A stretch of DNA of 61,554 nucleotides, filler included, from Thermodesulfobacteriota bacterium (GTDB lineage Bacteria; DASVDK01), in the NCBI GenBank assembly GCA_036381125.1. It is 6 parts of 6 records of this genome, joined end to end, with 100 filler letters (N's around TTAATTAATTAA, not from the genome) between each part and the next. Parts side by side here need not be neighbours in the genome. Positions count along the whole stretch, not along the records: positions 10,924 to 13,768 come from DASVDK010000360.1; positions 13,869 to 24,448 come from DASVDK010000361.1; 4 more parts are not named here. The stretch is one strand, 5' to 3'. The notes under the pieces are model-generated. The model ran no database searches, was not told the origin of the DNA, and saw nothing but the letters and a program-made list of their open reading frames with translations. Shown here in pieces: positions 13,236 through 22,945 of this stretch. Positions within the stretch are counted from its first letter, which is position 1, and every line of letters begins with the position of its first letter. Made by a program: the position numbers and the translations under genes.

Positions 13236-13768
13236 TCACGCGAAGCGCGCAGGCGAGAGCGGGGCCACGTCGAGCGAGGAGGGCGCGCCCGCCACGATCT
13301 CCGAGACCAGCCGGCCGGTGATCGGCCCGAGGGAGACGCCGAGCATCGCGTGCCCGGTGGCCAGGACGACGTTGTCGAGGCCGGGCGGCCGCCCCACGAT
13401 CGGCAGCCCGTCTGGCGTGCAGGGCCTGAGTCCGACCCACGGCTCGGCCGCGAGCGGCGGCCCGGGGTCGCGCAGGTAGGTGCGCGCGGCCCGCCGGATC
13501 GCCTCCACCCGGCGGGGCGAGACCGACAGGTCGATCCCCGCCAGCTCGAGCGTGCCGGCGTAGCGCAGCCGGTCGCCCATCGGCGTGACGGCGACCCTCG
13601 CCTCGGCCAGCATGAGCGGCCTCGACGGCCCGCCGGTCGGGCTGGGGCCGGTGAGGCTGTAGCCCTTGGCCGCCTCGACCGGGATCCGCACGCCGAGGTC
13701 GCGCGCGAAGGCCGGCGCAAAGGCGCCGGTCGCCACCACGACGGCCTCGCACGGCAGGTCCCCGTCGG
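13236..13768 (-). CDS. FAD-dependent D-amino-acid dehydrogenase/oxidase family protein, C-terminal part
   Basis: KGYSLT, WVGLRPCTPDGLPIVG, ATGHAMLGVSLGPITG. Confidence 0.88.
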
Positions 13769-13868
13769 NNNNNNNNNNNNNNNNNNNNNNNNNNNNNNNN
13801 NNNNNNNNNNNNTTAATTAATTAANNNNNNNNNNNNNNNNNNNNNNNNNNNNNNNNNNNNNNNNNNNN
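13769..13868. other. Artificial contig spacer
   Basis: N44-TTAATTAATTAA-N44. Confidence 0.99.
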
Positions 13869-13919
13869 GCGCGGGCCCGCCTCGTCCGGGCGATCGAGGG
13901 GCTCTAGGAGGGGCCGCGG

Positions 13920-14990
13920 GTGGGCGCGCGTCTCGTCGGGCACCGTCGGGGCTGGGCGCTGGCCGCCGCGGCGGTCGTCGCGCTCGCGCTCCTGGCGCTC
14001 TGGCGCCCCTGGCAGGCGGCGGAGCCGCCCGGGCCATCCGGGGCGCCGGCCGAGGCCGTCCGGTCCGCGGAGGGCCTCGCGACGGCCCTCGTCGAGATGG
14101 CCACGGTCGAGGAGGTGACCGAGGCGGTCGGGACCGTTCGGGCGAGCCTGTCCGCCACGGTGTCGAGCCGGGCGACCGGTCGGGTGGCGGAGCTGCGGGT
14201 CCGCTCGGGCGATCGCGTCGAGCGCGGGCAGGTCCTCGTCGTCCTTGCGGGCGAGGAGGCCGCCGCGCGCGTCGACCAGGCGCGCGCGGCCCTCGAGGCG
14301 GCGGAGGCGGCCCTGGCCGACGCGGAGCGGGAGCTCGCGCGGACGCGCCGGCTCGTCGGCGAGCGGATCATCGCCCGCCGGGAGCTCGAGGCGGCCGAGG
14401 CGCGCGCGGAGGTGGCCCGGGCCCGCGTCCGGGAGGCGCGCTCGGCCGTCGGCGAGGCCCGGGCGCTGGCCGAAGACCTCGTCGTCCGCGCGCCGATGAC
14501 GGGCGTCGTCTCGGAGACGCTGGTCGACGTGGGAGACCTCGCCGCCCCCGGGCGGCCGATCCTCACGGTGTACGATCCGACCCGGCTCAGGCTCGAGGCG
14601 CCGGTCCGCGAGTCGCTCGCGCGCCGGCTCGAGCCCGGCCAGCGCGTGCAGGTCGTCATCGACGCGATCGGCGCCGAGGTGGAGGGCACGGTGGAGGTCA
14701 TCGTGCCGGAGGCCGATCCCGCCGCGCGCAGCTTCCTCGTCAAGACGGCGCTCCCCCGGGTGCCGGGCCTCTATCCGGGGATGTTCGGCCGCCTCCGCTT
14801 CCCGACCGGCACCGTCGAGATCCTGGCGATGCCCGGCCGCGCGGTGCAGCTCGTGGGGCAGCTCGAGACGGTGGGCGTGGTCGAGGACGGCGTCGTCCGC
14901 ACGCGACAGGTGCGGACCGGGCGGACCTACGGCGAGCTCGTCGAGGTGCTCGCCGGCCTCTCGCCCGGTGAGCGGGTGGTCCTGCCGTGA
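13920..14990 (+). CDS. RND efflux periplasmic adaptor (MFP)
   Basis: N-terminal TM, lipoyl halves (GDRVERGQVL; RAPMTGVV), helical hairpin, LYPGMFGR; AGGAGG RBS. Confidence 0.93.
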   Translation: MGARLVGHRRGWALAAAAVVALALLALWRPWQAAEPPGPSGAPAEAVRSAEGLATALVEMATVEEVTEAVGTVRASLSATVSSRATGRVAELRVRSGDRVERGQVLVVLAGEEAAARVDQARAALEAAEAALADAERELARTRRLVGERIIARRELEAAEARAEVARARVREARSAVGEARALAEDLVVRAPMTGVVSETLVDVGDLAAPGRPILTVYDPTRLRLEAPVRESLARRLEPGQRVQVVIDAIGAEVEGTVEVIVPEADPAARSFLVKTALPRVPGLYPGMFGRLRFPTGTVEILAMPGRAVQLVGQLETVGVVEDGVVRTRQVRTGRTYGELVEVLAGLSPGERVVLP

Positions 14991-17900
14991 CCGCGCGCCG
15001 CCGAGGGGTGACCGCGGCGATCGTCCGCCAGTTCATCACGTCGCCGCTCTCGCTCCTCTTCCTCCTGGCCTCGATCGCCGCGGGCGCGGTGGCGCTCCTC
15101 GCGACGCCGCGCGAGGAGGACCCGCAGATCAGCGTCCCGCTCGCCGACATCCTCATCCGCATGCCGGGGGCCAGCGCCGAGGAGGTGGAGAACCTCGTCG
15201 TCATCAACCTCGAGCGGAAGCTCGCGGAGATCGACGGCGTCGAGCACGTCTACTCGACCGCCCGGCCGGACGAGGCGGTCGTCACCGTGCGCTTCCGGGT
15301 GGGCGAGGATCGCGAGGAGAGCCTCGTCAAGCTCTACAACAAGCTCTACTCGAACCTCGACGCGGTCCCGGCCGGGGTGGCGAGCTGGGTCGTGAAGCCG
15401 CTCGAGATCGCCGACGTGCCGATCCTCGCGCTCACGCTCTACGGCGAGGACGTCTCCGACTACGAGCTGCGCCGCGTGGCCGACGAGCTGCTCCACAGGC
15501 TGCAGGGGGTGACCGACGCCTCCCGCTCGTTCGTCGTCGGCGGGCGCCGGCGCGAGGTGCGGGTGGCGCTCGACCCGGAGGCGCTCGCCGCGCGGGGGCT
15601 CGGCGCCCTCGAGATCGCGCGGCGGCTCGACGCGGCGAACGTCAGCCGGCCGGTCGGCGAGCTGACGCGCGAGAACCGGACGATCCAGGTCCGGGCGGGC
15701 CCGTTCTTCGAGAGCGCCGAGGACGTGGCCGGCGTGGTCGTCGGGGTCGCCGACGGCCGCCCCGTCTACCTGCGCGACGTCGCGCGCGTGATCGACGGAC
15801 CCGAGGAGCCGGTGGCGTACAGCTGGGTCGCCGCCGGTCCGGCCGCGGCCACGCGGGGGATCCCCGAGGCGCTGCGCGGCGCCGAGCCGCTCCCGGCGGT
15901 CACGCTGGCCCTGGCCAAGCGGCACGGGACCAACGCCGTTGCGGTGGCCGAGGGGCTCCTCGACCAGCTCGAGACGCTCCGGCGCGAGGTGGTCCCGGAC
16001 GGCATCGAGGTGCTCGTCACCCGCAACTACGGCGAGACCGCCGACGAGAAGGTGAACGAGCTGGTCCGGCACCTCGTGATCGCCGTGGTGACGATCCTCG
16101 TCCTGCTCGCCTTCGCCCTCGGGTGGCGCGAGGCGGTGATCGTCTCGCTCGCGGTCCCCATGACGCTCGCGCTCACCCTCCTCGCGAACCTCCTCGCCGG
16201 CTACTCGATCAACCGGGTGACGCTCTTCGCCCTCATCCTCTCGCTGGGCCTTCTCGTCGACGACCCGATCGTCGACGTCGAGAACATCCACCGCCACCTG
16301 GCCCTGCGGCGCGAGCCGCCGCTCGACGCCACCCTCACGGCCGTCGACGAGGTGCGGCCGCCGACGATCCTCGCCACCTTCACGGTCATCGTCGCCTTCC
16401 TGCCGATGCTCTTCGTGACCGGCCTCATGGGGCCCTACATGCGCCCCATGCCGTTCAACGTGCCGGTCGCGATGCTCGTCTCGCTGATCGTCGCCTTCAC
16501 CGTGACGCCCTGGGCCGCGTACCGGTTCCTCCGGGTGCCCGCGGAGCACGGGGCGGCCGGGGGTCGGCGCGCGGCGGAGCCCCGGCTCGCCCGCGCCTAC
16601 CGGCGTGCGGTCGCGCCGCTCCTCGCCAGCCGCCGGCTCGGGGTCGCCTTCCTCGCCGCGGTGGCGCTCGCGTTCGCCGGCTCGCTCGCCCTCGTGCCGC
16701 TCCGCCTCGTGCCGCTCAAGATGCTCCCCTTCGACAACAAGGACGAACTCCAGGTGGTCTTCGACCTCCCCGAGGGGTCCGCCCTCGAGGCGACCGCCAG
16801 GCTGGCCGGCGATCTGACCGACTACCTCCGGACCAGGCCGGAGGTCGCGGCCGCCGTCGCGTACGTGGGCGCGCCGTCGCCCTTCGACTTCAACGGCCTC
16901 GTCCGCCACTACTACCTGCGCGAGGCGCCGCACCAGGGGGACGTGCGCCTGGCCCTGGCGCCGAAGGCGGAGCGGCGGGAAGGCAGCCACGCCTTCGCGC
17001 TGCGCATCCGGCCGGAGGTCGAGCGGATCGCCCGCGAGCACGGGGCGACCGTGGCCATCGTCGAGACGCCGCCCGGGCCGCCGGTCCTCGCGACGCTCGT
17101 GGCCGAGGTCTACGGCCCTCCGCGAGCGTCCTACGCGGACATCGTCGCCGCGGCGCGGCACGTTCGCCGCCTCTTCGAGGCGACGCCCGGCGTGGTGGAC
17201 GTGGACGACTACATCGTCGCGCCGGACCGGCGCCTGATCGTCGAGGTGGACCGGGCCAAGGCGGCCATAGGCGGCGTCGAGACGCGCGACGTGGTGGACA
17301 CGCTCGCGCTGGCCGTCGGCGGCGCACAGGCCGGGAGGGTGCACGTGCCGGCCGAGCGGACGCCGCTGCCGCTCGTGGTCCGCCTGCCGCGCGAGGAGCG
17401 GAGCGCCCCGCGCGACCTTGCCAGGCTCTCGGTCGCCGGCACGGATGGCCGGCTCGTGCCGCTCGGGGAGATCACGCGGGCGCGCGAGGTCGAGGCGCCG
17501 CAGCCGATCTACCGGAAGGACCTCTCGCGGGTGATGTTCGTCCTCGGCGACACGGCGGGCACGAGCCCCGCCGAGGCGGTCCTCGCCCTCCAGGGGGCGC
17601 TCGCACGGGACCCGCTGCCCGAGGGGTTCCGGGTGACCTTCCGCGGCGAGGGGGAGTGGCAGATCACCCTCGACGTCTTCCGGGACCTCGGTCTCGCCTT
17701 CGCGGCGGCGCTCGTGGCGATCTACGCCCTCCTCGCCGCGCAGACCGGCTCGTTCGTCGTCCCGCTCGTCATCATGGTCGCCATCCCCCTCACGCTCGTC
17801 GGCATCCTCCCCGGCTTCGCCCTGCTGAACGCCTTCGGCACGGAGCCGGTCGCCGGGTACCCGAACCCGATCTTCTTCACCGCGACGGCGATGATCGGCA

Positions 17901-18208
17901 TGATCGCCCTCGCCGGGATCGTGGTCCGCAACTCGATCATCCTGATCGACTTCATCGACGCCCGCCTGGCCGAGGGTGGGCGCTCGGTCGCCGAGGCGGT
18001 CCTCGACGCGGGCGCGGTCCGGATCCGCCCGATCCTCCTCACGGCCGGTGCCGCGATGCTCGGCGCCTGGGTGATCGTCTTCGACCCGATCTTCTCCGGC
18101 CTCGCCTGGTCGTTCCTGTTCGGGATCTTCGCGTCCACGCTCTTCACGGTCGCGGTCGTCCCGGTGATCTACCAGCGCCTCCTCGCGCGCCGGGCCCGCC
18201 GCGCGTGA
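14987..18208 (+). CDS. RND efflux permease (AcrB/AcrD/AcrF family)
   Basis: PREEDPQI, GLLVDDPIVDVENIHR, GIVVRNSIILIDF, RIRPILLTA; 1073 aa. Confidence 0.96.
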   Translation: MTARRRGVTAAIVRQFITSPLSLLFLLASIAAGAVALLATPREEDPQISVPLADILIRMPGASAEEVENLVVINLERKLAEIDGVEHVYSTARPDEAVVTVRFRVGEDREESLVKLYNKLYSNLDAVPAGVASWVVKPLEIADVPILALTLYGEDVSDYELRRVADELLHRLQGVTDASRSFVVGGRRREVRVALDPEALAARGLGALEIARRLDAANVSRPVGELTRENRTIQVRAGPFFESAEDVAGVVVGVADGRPVYLRDVARVIDGPEEPVAYSWVAAGPAAATRGIPEALRGAEPLPAVTLALAKRHGTNAVAVAEGLLDQLETLRREVVPDGIEVLVTRNYGETADEKVNELVRHLVIAVVTILVLLAFALGWREAVIVSLAVPMTLALTLLANLLAGYSINRVTLFALILSLGLLVDDPIVDVENIHRHLALRREPPLDATLTAVDEVRPPTILATFTVIVAFLPMLFVTGLMGPYMRPMPFNVPVAMLVSLIVAFTVTPWAAYRFLRVPAEHGAAGGRRAAEPRLARAYRRAVAPLLASRRLGVAFLAAVALAFAGSLALVPLRLVPLKMLPFDNKDELQVVFDLPEGSALEATARLAGDLTDYLRTRPEVAAAVAYVGAPSPFDFNGLVRHYYLREAPHQGDVRLALAPKAERREGSHAFALRIRPEVERIAREHGATVAIVETPPGPPVLATLVAEVYGPPRASYADIVAAARHVRRLFEATPGVVDVDDYIVAPDRRLIVEVDRAKAAIGGVETRDVVDTLALAVGGAQAGRVHVPAERTPLPLVVRLPREERSAPRDLARLSVAGTDGRLVPLGEITRAREVEAPQPIYRKDLSRVMFVLGDTAGTSPAEAVLALQGALARDPLPEGFRVTFRGEGEWQITLDVFRDLGLAFAAALVAIYALLAAQTGSFVVPLVIMVAIPLTLVGILPGFALLNAFGTEPVAGYPNPIFFTATAMIGMIALAGIVVRNSIILIDFIDARLAEGGRSVAEAVLDAGAVRIRPILLTAGAAMLGAWVIVFDPIFSGLAWSFLFGIFASTLFTVAVVPVIYQRLLARRARRA

Positions 18209-18329
18209 GGGCAGCCGGGGCGCCTGCGGGTGGGACAGTCGCGCCCCGATCGGGGCGCGGCTGTCCCAGGCGACGCGCGGCCGACCGTCCGAACTGCGCG
18301 ATCTGGCGAGGCTGCCGCTCGTTTCGCCG

Positions 18330-18346
18330 TTGGCCTCCGGCTTGCA
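18330..18346 (+). promoter_or_regulatory. Putative sigma54 -24/-12 promoter upstream of the sensor kinase
   Basis: TTGGC-CTCCGGC-TTGCA has exact TGGC-N7-TTGCW spacing. Confidence 0.5.
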
Positions 18347-18507
18347 CCGGACACCGGCGGCGGGACGGCGCCGCCCGACCCCTTCTTCAGGGGGCCCTGC
18401 ACCTGCCAGGGGCCCGGACACGGGGTCGAGGCGTGAGCGCGCGCCGGAGGACGGGGGAGAGCGGGGCGCGCGTGACAGCGCTCGAGAGCCATCAGGCACC
18501 GAGGCAG

Positions 18508-20094
18508 ATGCCCGGGCGGATCCTCGCCCTGATGCTGCTGCGGGTGCTCGTCATCCTGGGCGGATGCGCCTGGTACGCGCTCGCGTGGCCGGGCCTCGCC
18601 GAGCCTCGCCTCGTGGCGGCGATCCTCGTCGCCGTGCTCGCCTACGGCCTGTTCCTCCTCCGGCTGCTCTGGCACGCGCCGGAGCGGGCCCTGCGGTGGA
18701 ACGCGCCGGTGACGGCGCTCGACATCGCCGCGGCGCTGGCGCTCGTGGCCTTCACGGGCGGCGCGCGGAGCGACTTCTTCCTGGCGATCTACCTGATCGT
18801 CGCGATCCAGGCGTACTACTACGGCCTGCGCCGCGGCCTCGTCGTGGCCGTCGGCGCGGCGGCGCTCTACCTCGCCGTCGTCCGGCCGACCGTCGAGCCG
18901 TCCGCCTGGCCCGACTACGCCGTGCGCGCCGGCATGGTCGTCGTGACCGCCGTCTGCCTGGGGGTGCTTGCCGAGGCGGAACGGCGGGAGCAGGAGACGA
19001 TCCGGTCGCTCAACCGGCGGCTCGAGGCGCAGCGCCGGGAGGTGAGGGCGATCCTCGACGGCCTTCGCGACGGGGTCGTGGCGCTCGACCGGCAGTGGCG
19101 AGTCGTCGGCTGGAACCGGGCCATGGCCGAGCGCTTCGGGCTCTCGGAGGCGCAGGCGCACGGCCAGCCGATCACCCGGTTCCTCCCGCAGCTTCGCGAC
19201 GGCGGCCGCGCCGAGCCGCCCGGCCGCCTCGCGGGCGGCGATCCGGCGGAGCGGCTGGTTCACGTCGGGCCGACAGGCGAGCCGATGATCCTGAACATCC
19301 GCGCGAGTCCCGTCGCGAACGACGGCGGCGACCGCGACGCGGCCGCCGTGCTCCTGATCGAGGACGCGACCGAGCGGGTCGCCCTGGAGCAGGCCGCCCG
19401 GCGGGCCGAGACGCTGGCCGCGATCGGCGCGCTGGCCACCGGGATCGCCCACGAGATCAACAACCCGATCGGCATCGCGACCACACGCATCGAGCTGCTG
19501 CTCGAGGACGCCGGCGGCACCGCGCTCTCCCCCTCGGTCCGGGAGGACCTCGCCGTCCTGCGCCAGCAGCTCCTCCGTGCGGGGCGCGTCGCGCGGGGCC
19601 TCCTCTCGCTCACCCGCCGGGGCGCCGGCCGCACGGTCGAGGTCGACCTCAACGCCGTGGTCCAGGAAACGCTCCTGCTCGTCGGCAAGCAGGTCCGGGA
19701 CGAGGGCATCCGGCTGTCGTCGCGCCTGGCGCCGGACCTGCCGCCCGTCCGCGGCGACGGCAGCCAGCTCGCGCAGGCGCTCCTCAGCCTCGTCGACAAC
19801 GCGCGCGAGGCGATTACCCCGCCGGGAGAGATCGCCGTCGAGACCGGGCCCGACCCGGAGCGGCCCGGATGGGTCTGCCTCCGGGTCCGCGATACCGGGA
19901 GGGGGATCCCTCCGGAGCGGCACGAGGCGATCTTCGATCCGCTCTACACCACCAAGCCGGCCGGCACCGGGCTCGGCCTGGCCGTCACGGCGGCCATCGT
20001 CCGCGAGCACGGGGGCCAGATATCGGTCGAGAGTCGAGACGGGGAGGGCACGACCTTCACCGTGCGTCTCCCCTCGGGTCGTCCGGACGCGTAG
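18508..20094 (+). CDS. Membrane PAS sensor histidine kinase (NtrB/AtoS-like)
   Basis: N-terminal TM bundle, PAS (ILDGLRDGVVALD..WN..M), H-box GIAHEINNP, DTGRGI, FDPLYTTK, GTGLGL; start could be GTG 18433 or 18472. Confidence 0.9.
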   Translation: MPGRILALMLLRVLVILGGCAWYALAWPGLAEPRLVAAILVAVLAYGLFLLRLLWHAPERALRWNAPVTALDIAAALALVAFTGGARSDFFLAIYLIVAIQAYYYGLRRGLVVAVGAAALYLAVVRPTVEPSAWPDYAVRAGMVVVTAVCLGVLAEAERREQETIRSLNRRLEAQRREVRAILDGLRDGVVALDRQWRVVGWNRAMAERFGLSEAQAHGQPITRFLPQLRDGGRAEPPGRLAGGDPAERLVHVGPTGEPMILNIRASPVANDGGDRDAAAVLLIEDATERVALEQAARRAETLAAIGALATGIAHEINNPIGIATTRIELLLEDAGGTALSPSVREDLAVLRQQLLRAGRVARGLLSLTRRGAGRTVEVDLNAVVQETLLLVGKQVRDEGIRLSSRLAPDLPPVRGDGSQLAQALLSLVDNAREAITPPGEIAVETGPDPERPGWVCLRVRDTGRGIPPERHEAIFDPLYTTKPAGTGLGLAVTAAIVREHGGQISVESRDGEGTTFTVRLPSGRPDA

Positions 20095-20192
20095 GCGCCG
20101 CGCGGCGGACGCCCGCTCCGGGTCCGCGATCGACGCGCACCTCGCGACGCGATCGTCATCGGGCCGCCGGCGTCGTGACGGGAGGGACTCGC

Positions 20193-20609
20193 ATGCACGG
20201 TGATCGCGCGTTCCAGGCGGCACGGCCGGTTCCCGGGGGGAGGGCCATCTCCGTCGCGCTCCGTACCGCCCACATCGCCGCCTTCGGCTTCCTCCTCGGC
20301 GGTCACGCGTTCGACGCGCCGGAGGCGGCGCTCCGCACCCCTCTCTGGGTCGCCGTCCTCACCGGGGCCGGGCTCATCGCCCTCGAGGTGCGGGCGATCG
20401 GCCTGCGGTGGTGCGTGCTCGGCAAGGGGATCGGCGTCGCGGCGAAGCTCGTCGTCCTGCTCCTGGTGCCGTTCTTCTGGGAGGCGCGGGTGCCGCTCCT
20501 GCTCCTGGCGATGGCGATCGCCTCGGTGAGTTCCCACATGCCGGCCCGCTTCCGCCACTACTCGATCGTCGAGCGGCGGGTGATCGGCGCCGTCTCGCAG
20601 CGGCCGTGA
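20193..20609 (+). CDS. Small conserved membrane protein (about 4 TM)
   Basis: GGAGG RBS; LRTAHIAAFGFLLGG...KGIGVAAKL...SSHMPARFRHYS; coding-like codon usage. Confidence 0.7.
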   Translation: MHGDRAFQAARPVPGGRAISVALRTAHIAAFGFLLGGHAFDAPEAALRTPLWVAVLTGAGLIALEVRAIGLRWCVLGKGIGVAAKLVVLLLVPFFWEARVPLLLLAMAIASVSSHMPARFRHYSIVERRVIGAVSQRP

Positions 20610-20646
20610 TCGGTCCGGGAGCCGTCGGCCGGGCCGCGGGGCCGGC

Positions 20647-20660
20647 TTGACCCAGGTCAA
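20647..20660 (+). promoter_or_regulatory. FNR/CRP-family-type operator, class II geometry
   Basis: Perfect TTGAC-CCAG-GTCAA palindrome; -10-like TAGCGT at 20682-20687 puts the centre near -41. Confidence 0.75.
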
Positions 20661-20728
20661 GGCGCTCCGGGCCGGAACCGGTAGCGTAGAAGGCGGCGCC
20701 GCAAGGTGCGGTGAAAGGCGGGGTCGCG

Positions 20729-22057
20729 ATGACAACGCTGGAGACCATGGCGACCGGTCAGTGTGCGGCCCGGCGGGCCGTCCGCCTGGCGTCCGCGCCC
20801 GAGGCGCCGCCGCTCGTGCTGCCGGCGGCGCACTTCGCGGCCGCCTTCGGCTTCCTGGTGCTCGCCGGCCTGGCGCTCGTGCGGGCGGCGCCGGCCGTGG
20901 CCGCCGGGGCCTTCCTGGCCGGCCCGGTCACGGCCGCCGTCCACCTGGTGACGCTCGGCTGGATCACGCTATCCATCATGGGGGTCCTCTACCAGTTCCT
21001 CCCGGTGGCGCTCGGCATCGGGATCGCGAGCCGCCCGCTCGCGTACGCGACGTTCGCCCTGTTCGTCCCGGGCCTCCTCCTCTTCGTGGCCGGCGCCGCC
21101 GCCGAGGCGCCGCGGCCGCGCGAGGCCGGCCTCGCGCTCGTCGCCGTCGCGGTGGTCGCCTTCCTCGCGAACCTGGGCCGCACCCTGGCGCGCGTCGAGT
21201 CGCGCGGGATCACCTTCTGGGGGCTCGCCGTGGGCGCCGCGAACCTGGCGTTCGTGCTCGTCCTCGGGCTCGCGCTCGGCGCGAGCCTCTCGAACGGCTG
21301 GCTCGCGTCGTCGCGCCTCGACGTCGTGGCGGCCCACGTGCACCTCGCGCTGGCGGGGTGGGTGATGCCGGTCGTCGTCGGCGTCTCGCGACGTCTCATG
21401 CCGATGTTCCTCCTGGCGCACGACGCCGACATCCGTCCCTCGGCGGCCGCCCTGGCCGGCCTCGGCGCCGGCGCCCCGCTCCTCGCGGCCGGCCTCGGCC
21501 TGCGGGCGCCCTGGGCCGCCGCGGTGGGGGCGGGGCTGGTCGTCGCCGCGCTCCTCGCCTTCGCGTTCCAGGTCGGCCTGTACTTCCGGGCGCGACGGCG
21601 GCCGCGGGTCGACCCGGGGATGCGGATGGCCGCGACCGCCGTCGGGGGGCTTCTGGCCGCCGTGCTCCTCGGCCCCGCGGTCCTGGTCCTGGGCAGCCGG
21701 GAGCCCGGCCTTGCCACCGCCTACGGCACGATCGTCCTCTTCGGCGGCTTCGCGCCGCTCGTGGCCGGTCACTACTACCGGATCGTGCCGTTCCTCGTCT
21801 GGTACCACCGCTACTCGCCGCTCGTCGGCCGCGCGCCGGTGCCGAAGGTGTCGGACCTCGTGACGCCGGGGCCGCCGAGTCTCGCCCTCGGCCTGCTGGT
21901 CGTCGGGGTCCTGCTCGTCGCCGCCGCGCCGCTCGGCCTCGGGACGGGCGCGGCGAGGACGGGGGGCGTGCTCTTCGCCGCGTCGACGCTCGTCGTGGCC
22001 GGGCACATGGCGGCCGTCGCCTGGCCTCGCACGGCGGCCCGGGGAGTCGGGCGGTGA
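20729..22057 (+). CDS. Polytopic membrane protein with conserved His motifs (often loosely annotated NnrS- or heme-copper-oxidase-like)
   Basis: APPLVLP..HF, HLVTLGW...GVLYQFLPV, AHVHLALAGW...RLMPMF, YRIVPFLVWYHRY. Confidence 0.75.
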   Translation: MTTLETMATGQCAARRAVRLASAPEAPPLVLPAAHFAAAFGFLVLAGLALVRAAPAVAAGAFLAGPVTAAVHLVTLGWITLSIMGVLYQFLPVALGIGIASRPLAYATFALFVPGLLLFVAGAAAEAPRPREAGLALVAVAVVAFLANLGRTLARVESRGITFWGLAVGAANLAFVLVLGLALGASLSNGWLASSRLDVVAAHVHLALAGWVMPVVVGVSRRLMPMFLLAHDADIRPSAAALAGLGAGAPLLAAGLGLRAPWAAAVGAGLVVAALLAFAFQVGLYFRARRRPRVDPGMRMAATAVGGLLAAVLLGPAVLVLGSREPGLATAYGTIVLFGGFAPLVAGHYYRIVPFLVWYHRYSPLVGRAPVPKVSDLVTPGPPSLALGLLVVGVLLVAAAPLGLGTGAARTGGVLFAASTLVVAGHMAAVAWPRTAARGVGR

Positions 22058-22359
22058 GCGCGCGCGGCGGGCCCGACCCGGCCGAGGTCCTGGCGGCCCT
22101 CCGGGCGGTCATCGACCCGGAGATCGGCCTCGACATCGTCTCGCTCGGCCTCGTCTACGACGTCCGGGTCGACGGGGGGAGCGTGACGGTCACGATGACC
22201 CTCACCGCGGCCGGCTGCCCCCTCGGCGCGGCGATGCGGGACGGCGTGACCACGGTCGTGGGGGCGCTGCCGGGGGTCGAGACCGTCGACGTGCGGATCG
22301 TGTGGGACCCGCCCTGGAGCCCGGACATGATCGACCCGGCGGCGCTCGGGACGCTCTGA
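22054..22359 (+). CDS. DUF59 / SufT-like metal-sulfur cluster assembly factor
   Basis: VIDPEIGLDIVSLGLVY, MTLTAAGCP, VWDPPWSPDMI; GTGA overlap with the upstream gene. Confidence 0.93.
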   Translation: MSARGGPDPAEVLAALRAVIDPEIGLDIVSLGLVYDVRVDGGSVTVTMTLTAAGCPLGAAMRDGVTTVVGALPGVETVDVRIVWDPPWSPDMIDPAALGTL

Positions 22360-22382
22360 GCAGGCAGGAGAGGAGGGGAGCG

Positions 22383-22940
22383 ATGGCAGTGGACGGGACG
22401 CGGCCGGAGGCGATTGCTCGCGCGGAGGCCGAAGGCCGGGTGACGGACCTGGACGTGCGACCCGACCTCCTGGCGGGACGGGAGCCGTTCAGCCGGATCA
22501 TGGCGGCCGTCGCGGGGCTGCCGGCCGGACACGTGCTGCGGCTGCGGGCCATCTTCGAGCCGGTGCCGCTCTACCGGGTGCTCGGGCGCCAGGGCTTCGA
22601 CCACTGGACCGAGCGGCGGGCGGAGGACGACTGGGTCGTCTGGTTCGTCCGGGGGACGGAGACGGTGGCGGCTCCGCAGCCCGCTCGCGCCGCGGAGCCG
22701 GCGGTGGAGGGCGACCCGGCCGTCGTCGTGCTCGACGTGCGCGGCCTCGAGCCGCCCGAGCCGATGACCCGGACGCTCGAGGCGCTCGAGCGGCTCCCCG
22801 AGCACGCCTCGCTCCTGCAGATCAACGAGCGGGTGCCCCGGTTCCTCCTCCCGCGGCTCGCCGAGCGGGGGTTCGCCTGGGAGATCCTCCACGAGTCGGC
22901 GGACGAGGTGCGGGTGATGATCCGGCGCGCGAGCGGGTAA
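22383..22940 (+). CDS. Tandem DUF2249 domain protein
   Basis: LDVRPDLLAGREPFSRIMAA...FEPVPLY..L...GF and LDVRGLEPPEPMTRTLEALE...NERVPRFL.P.L.ERGF; AGGAGG RBS. Confidence 0.88.
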   Translation: MAVDGTRPEAIARAEAEGRVTDLDVRPDLLAGREPFSRIMAAVAGLPAGHVLRLRAIFEPVPLYRVLGRQGFDHWTERRAEDDWVVWFVRGTETVAAPQPARAAEPAVEGDPAVVVLDVRGLEPPEPMTRTLEALERLPEHASLLQINERVPRFLLPRLAERGFAWEILHESADEVRVMIRRASG

Positions 22941-22945
22941 TCGCC

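Noticed and set aside
14968-20094. 1708-aa giant ORF fused to the kinase
   Set aside because: The N-terminal ~1180 aa is an off-frame shadow of the RND gene in GC-rich DNA; only 18508-20094 is kinase.
20729-22057. True cytochrome c oxidase or NO reductase subunit I
   Set aside because: It lacks the HPxVY/HLWVE and adjacent HH ligand motifs, and no subunit II is nearby.
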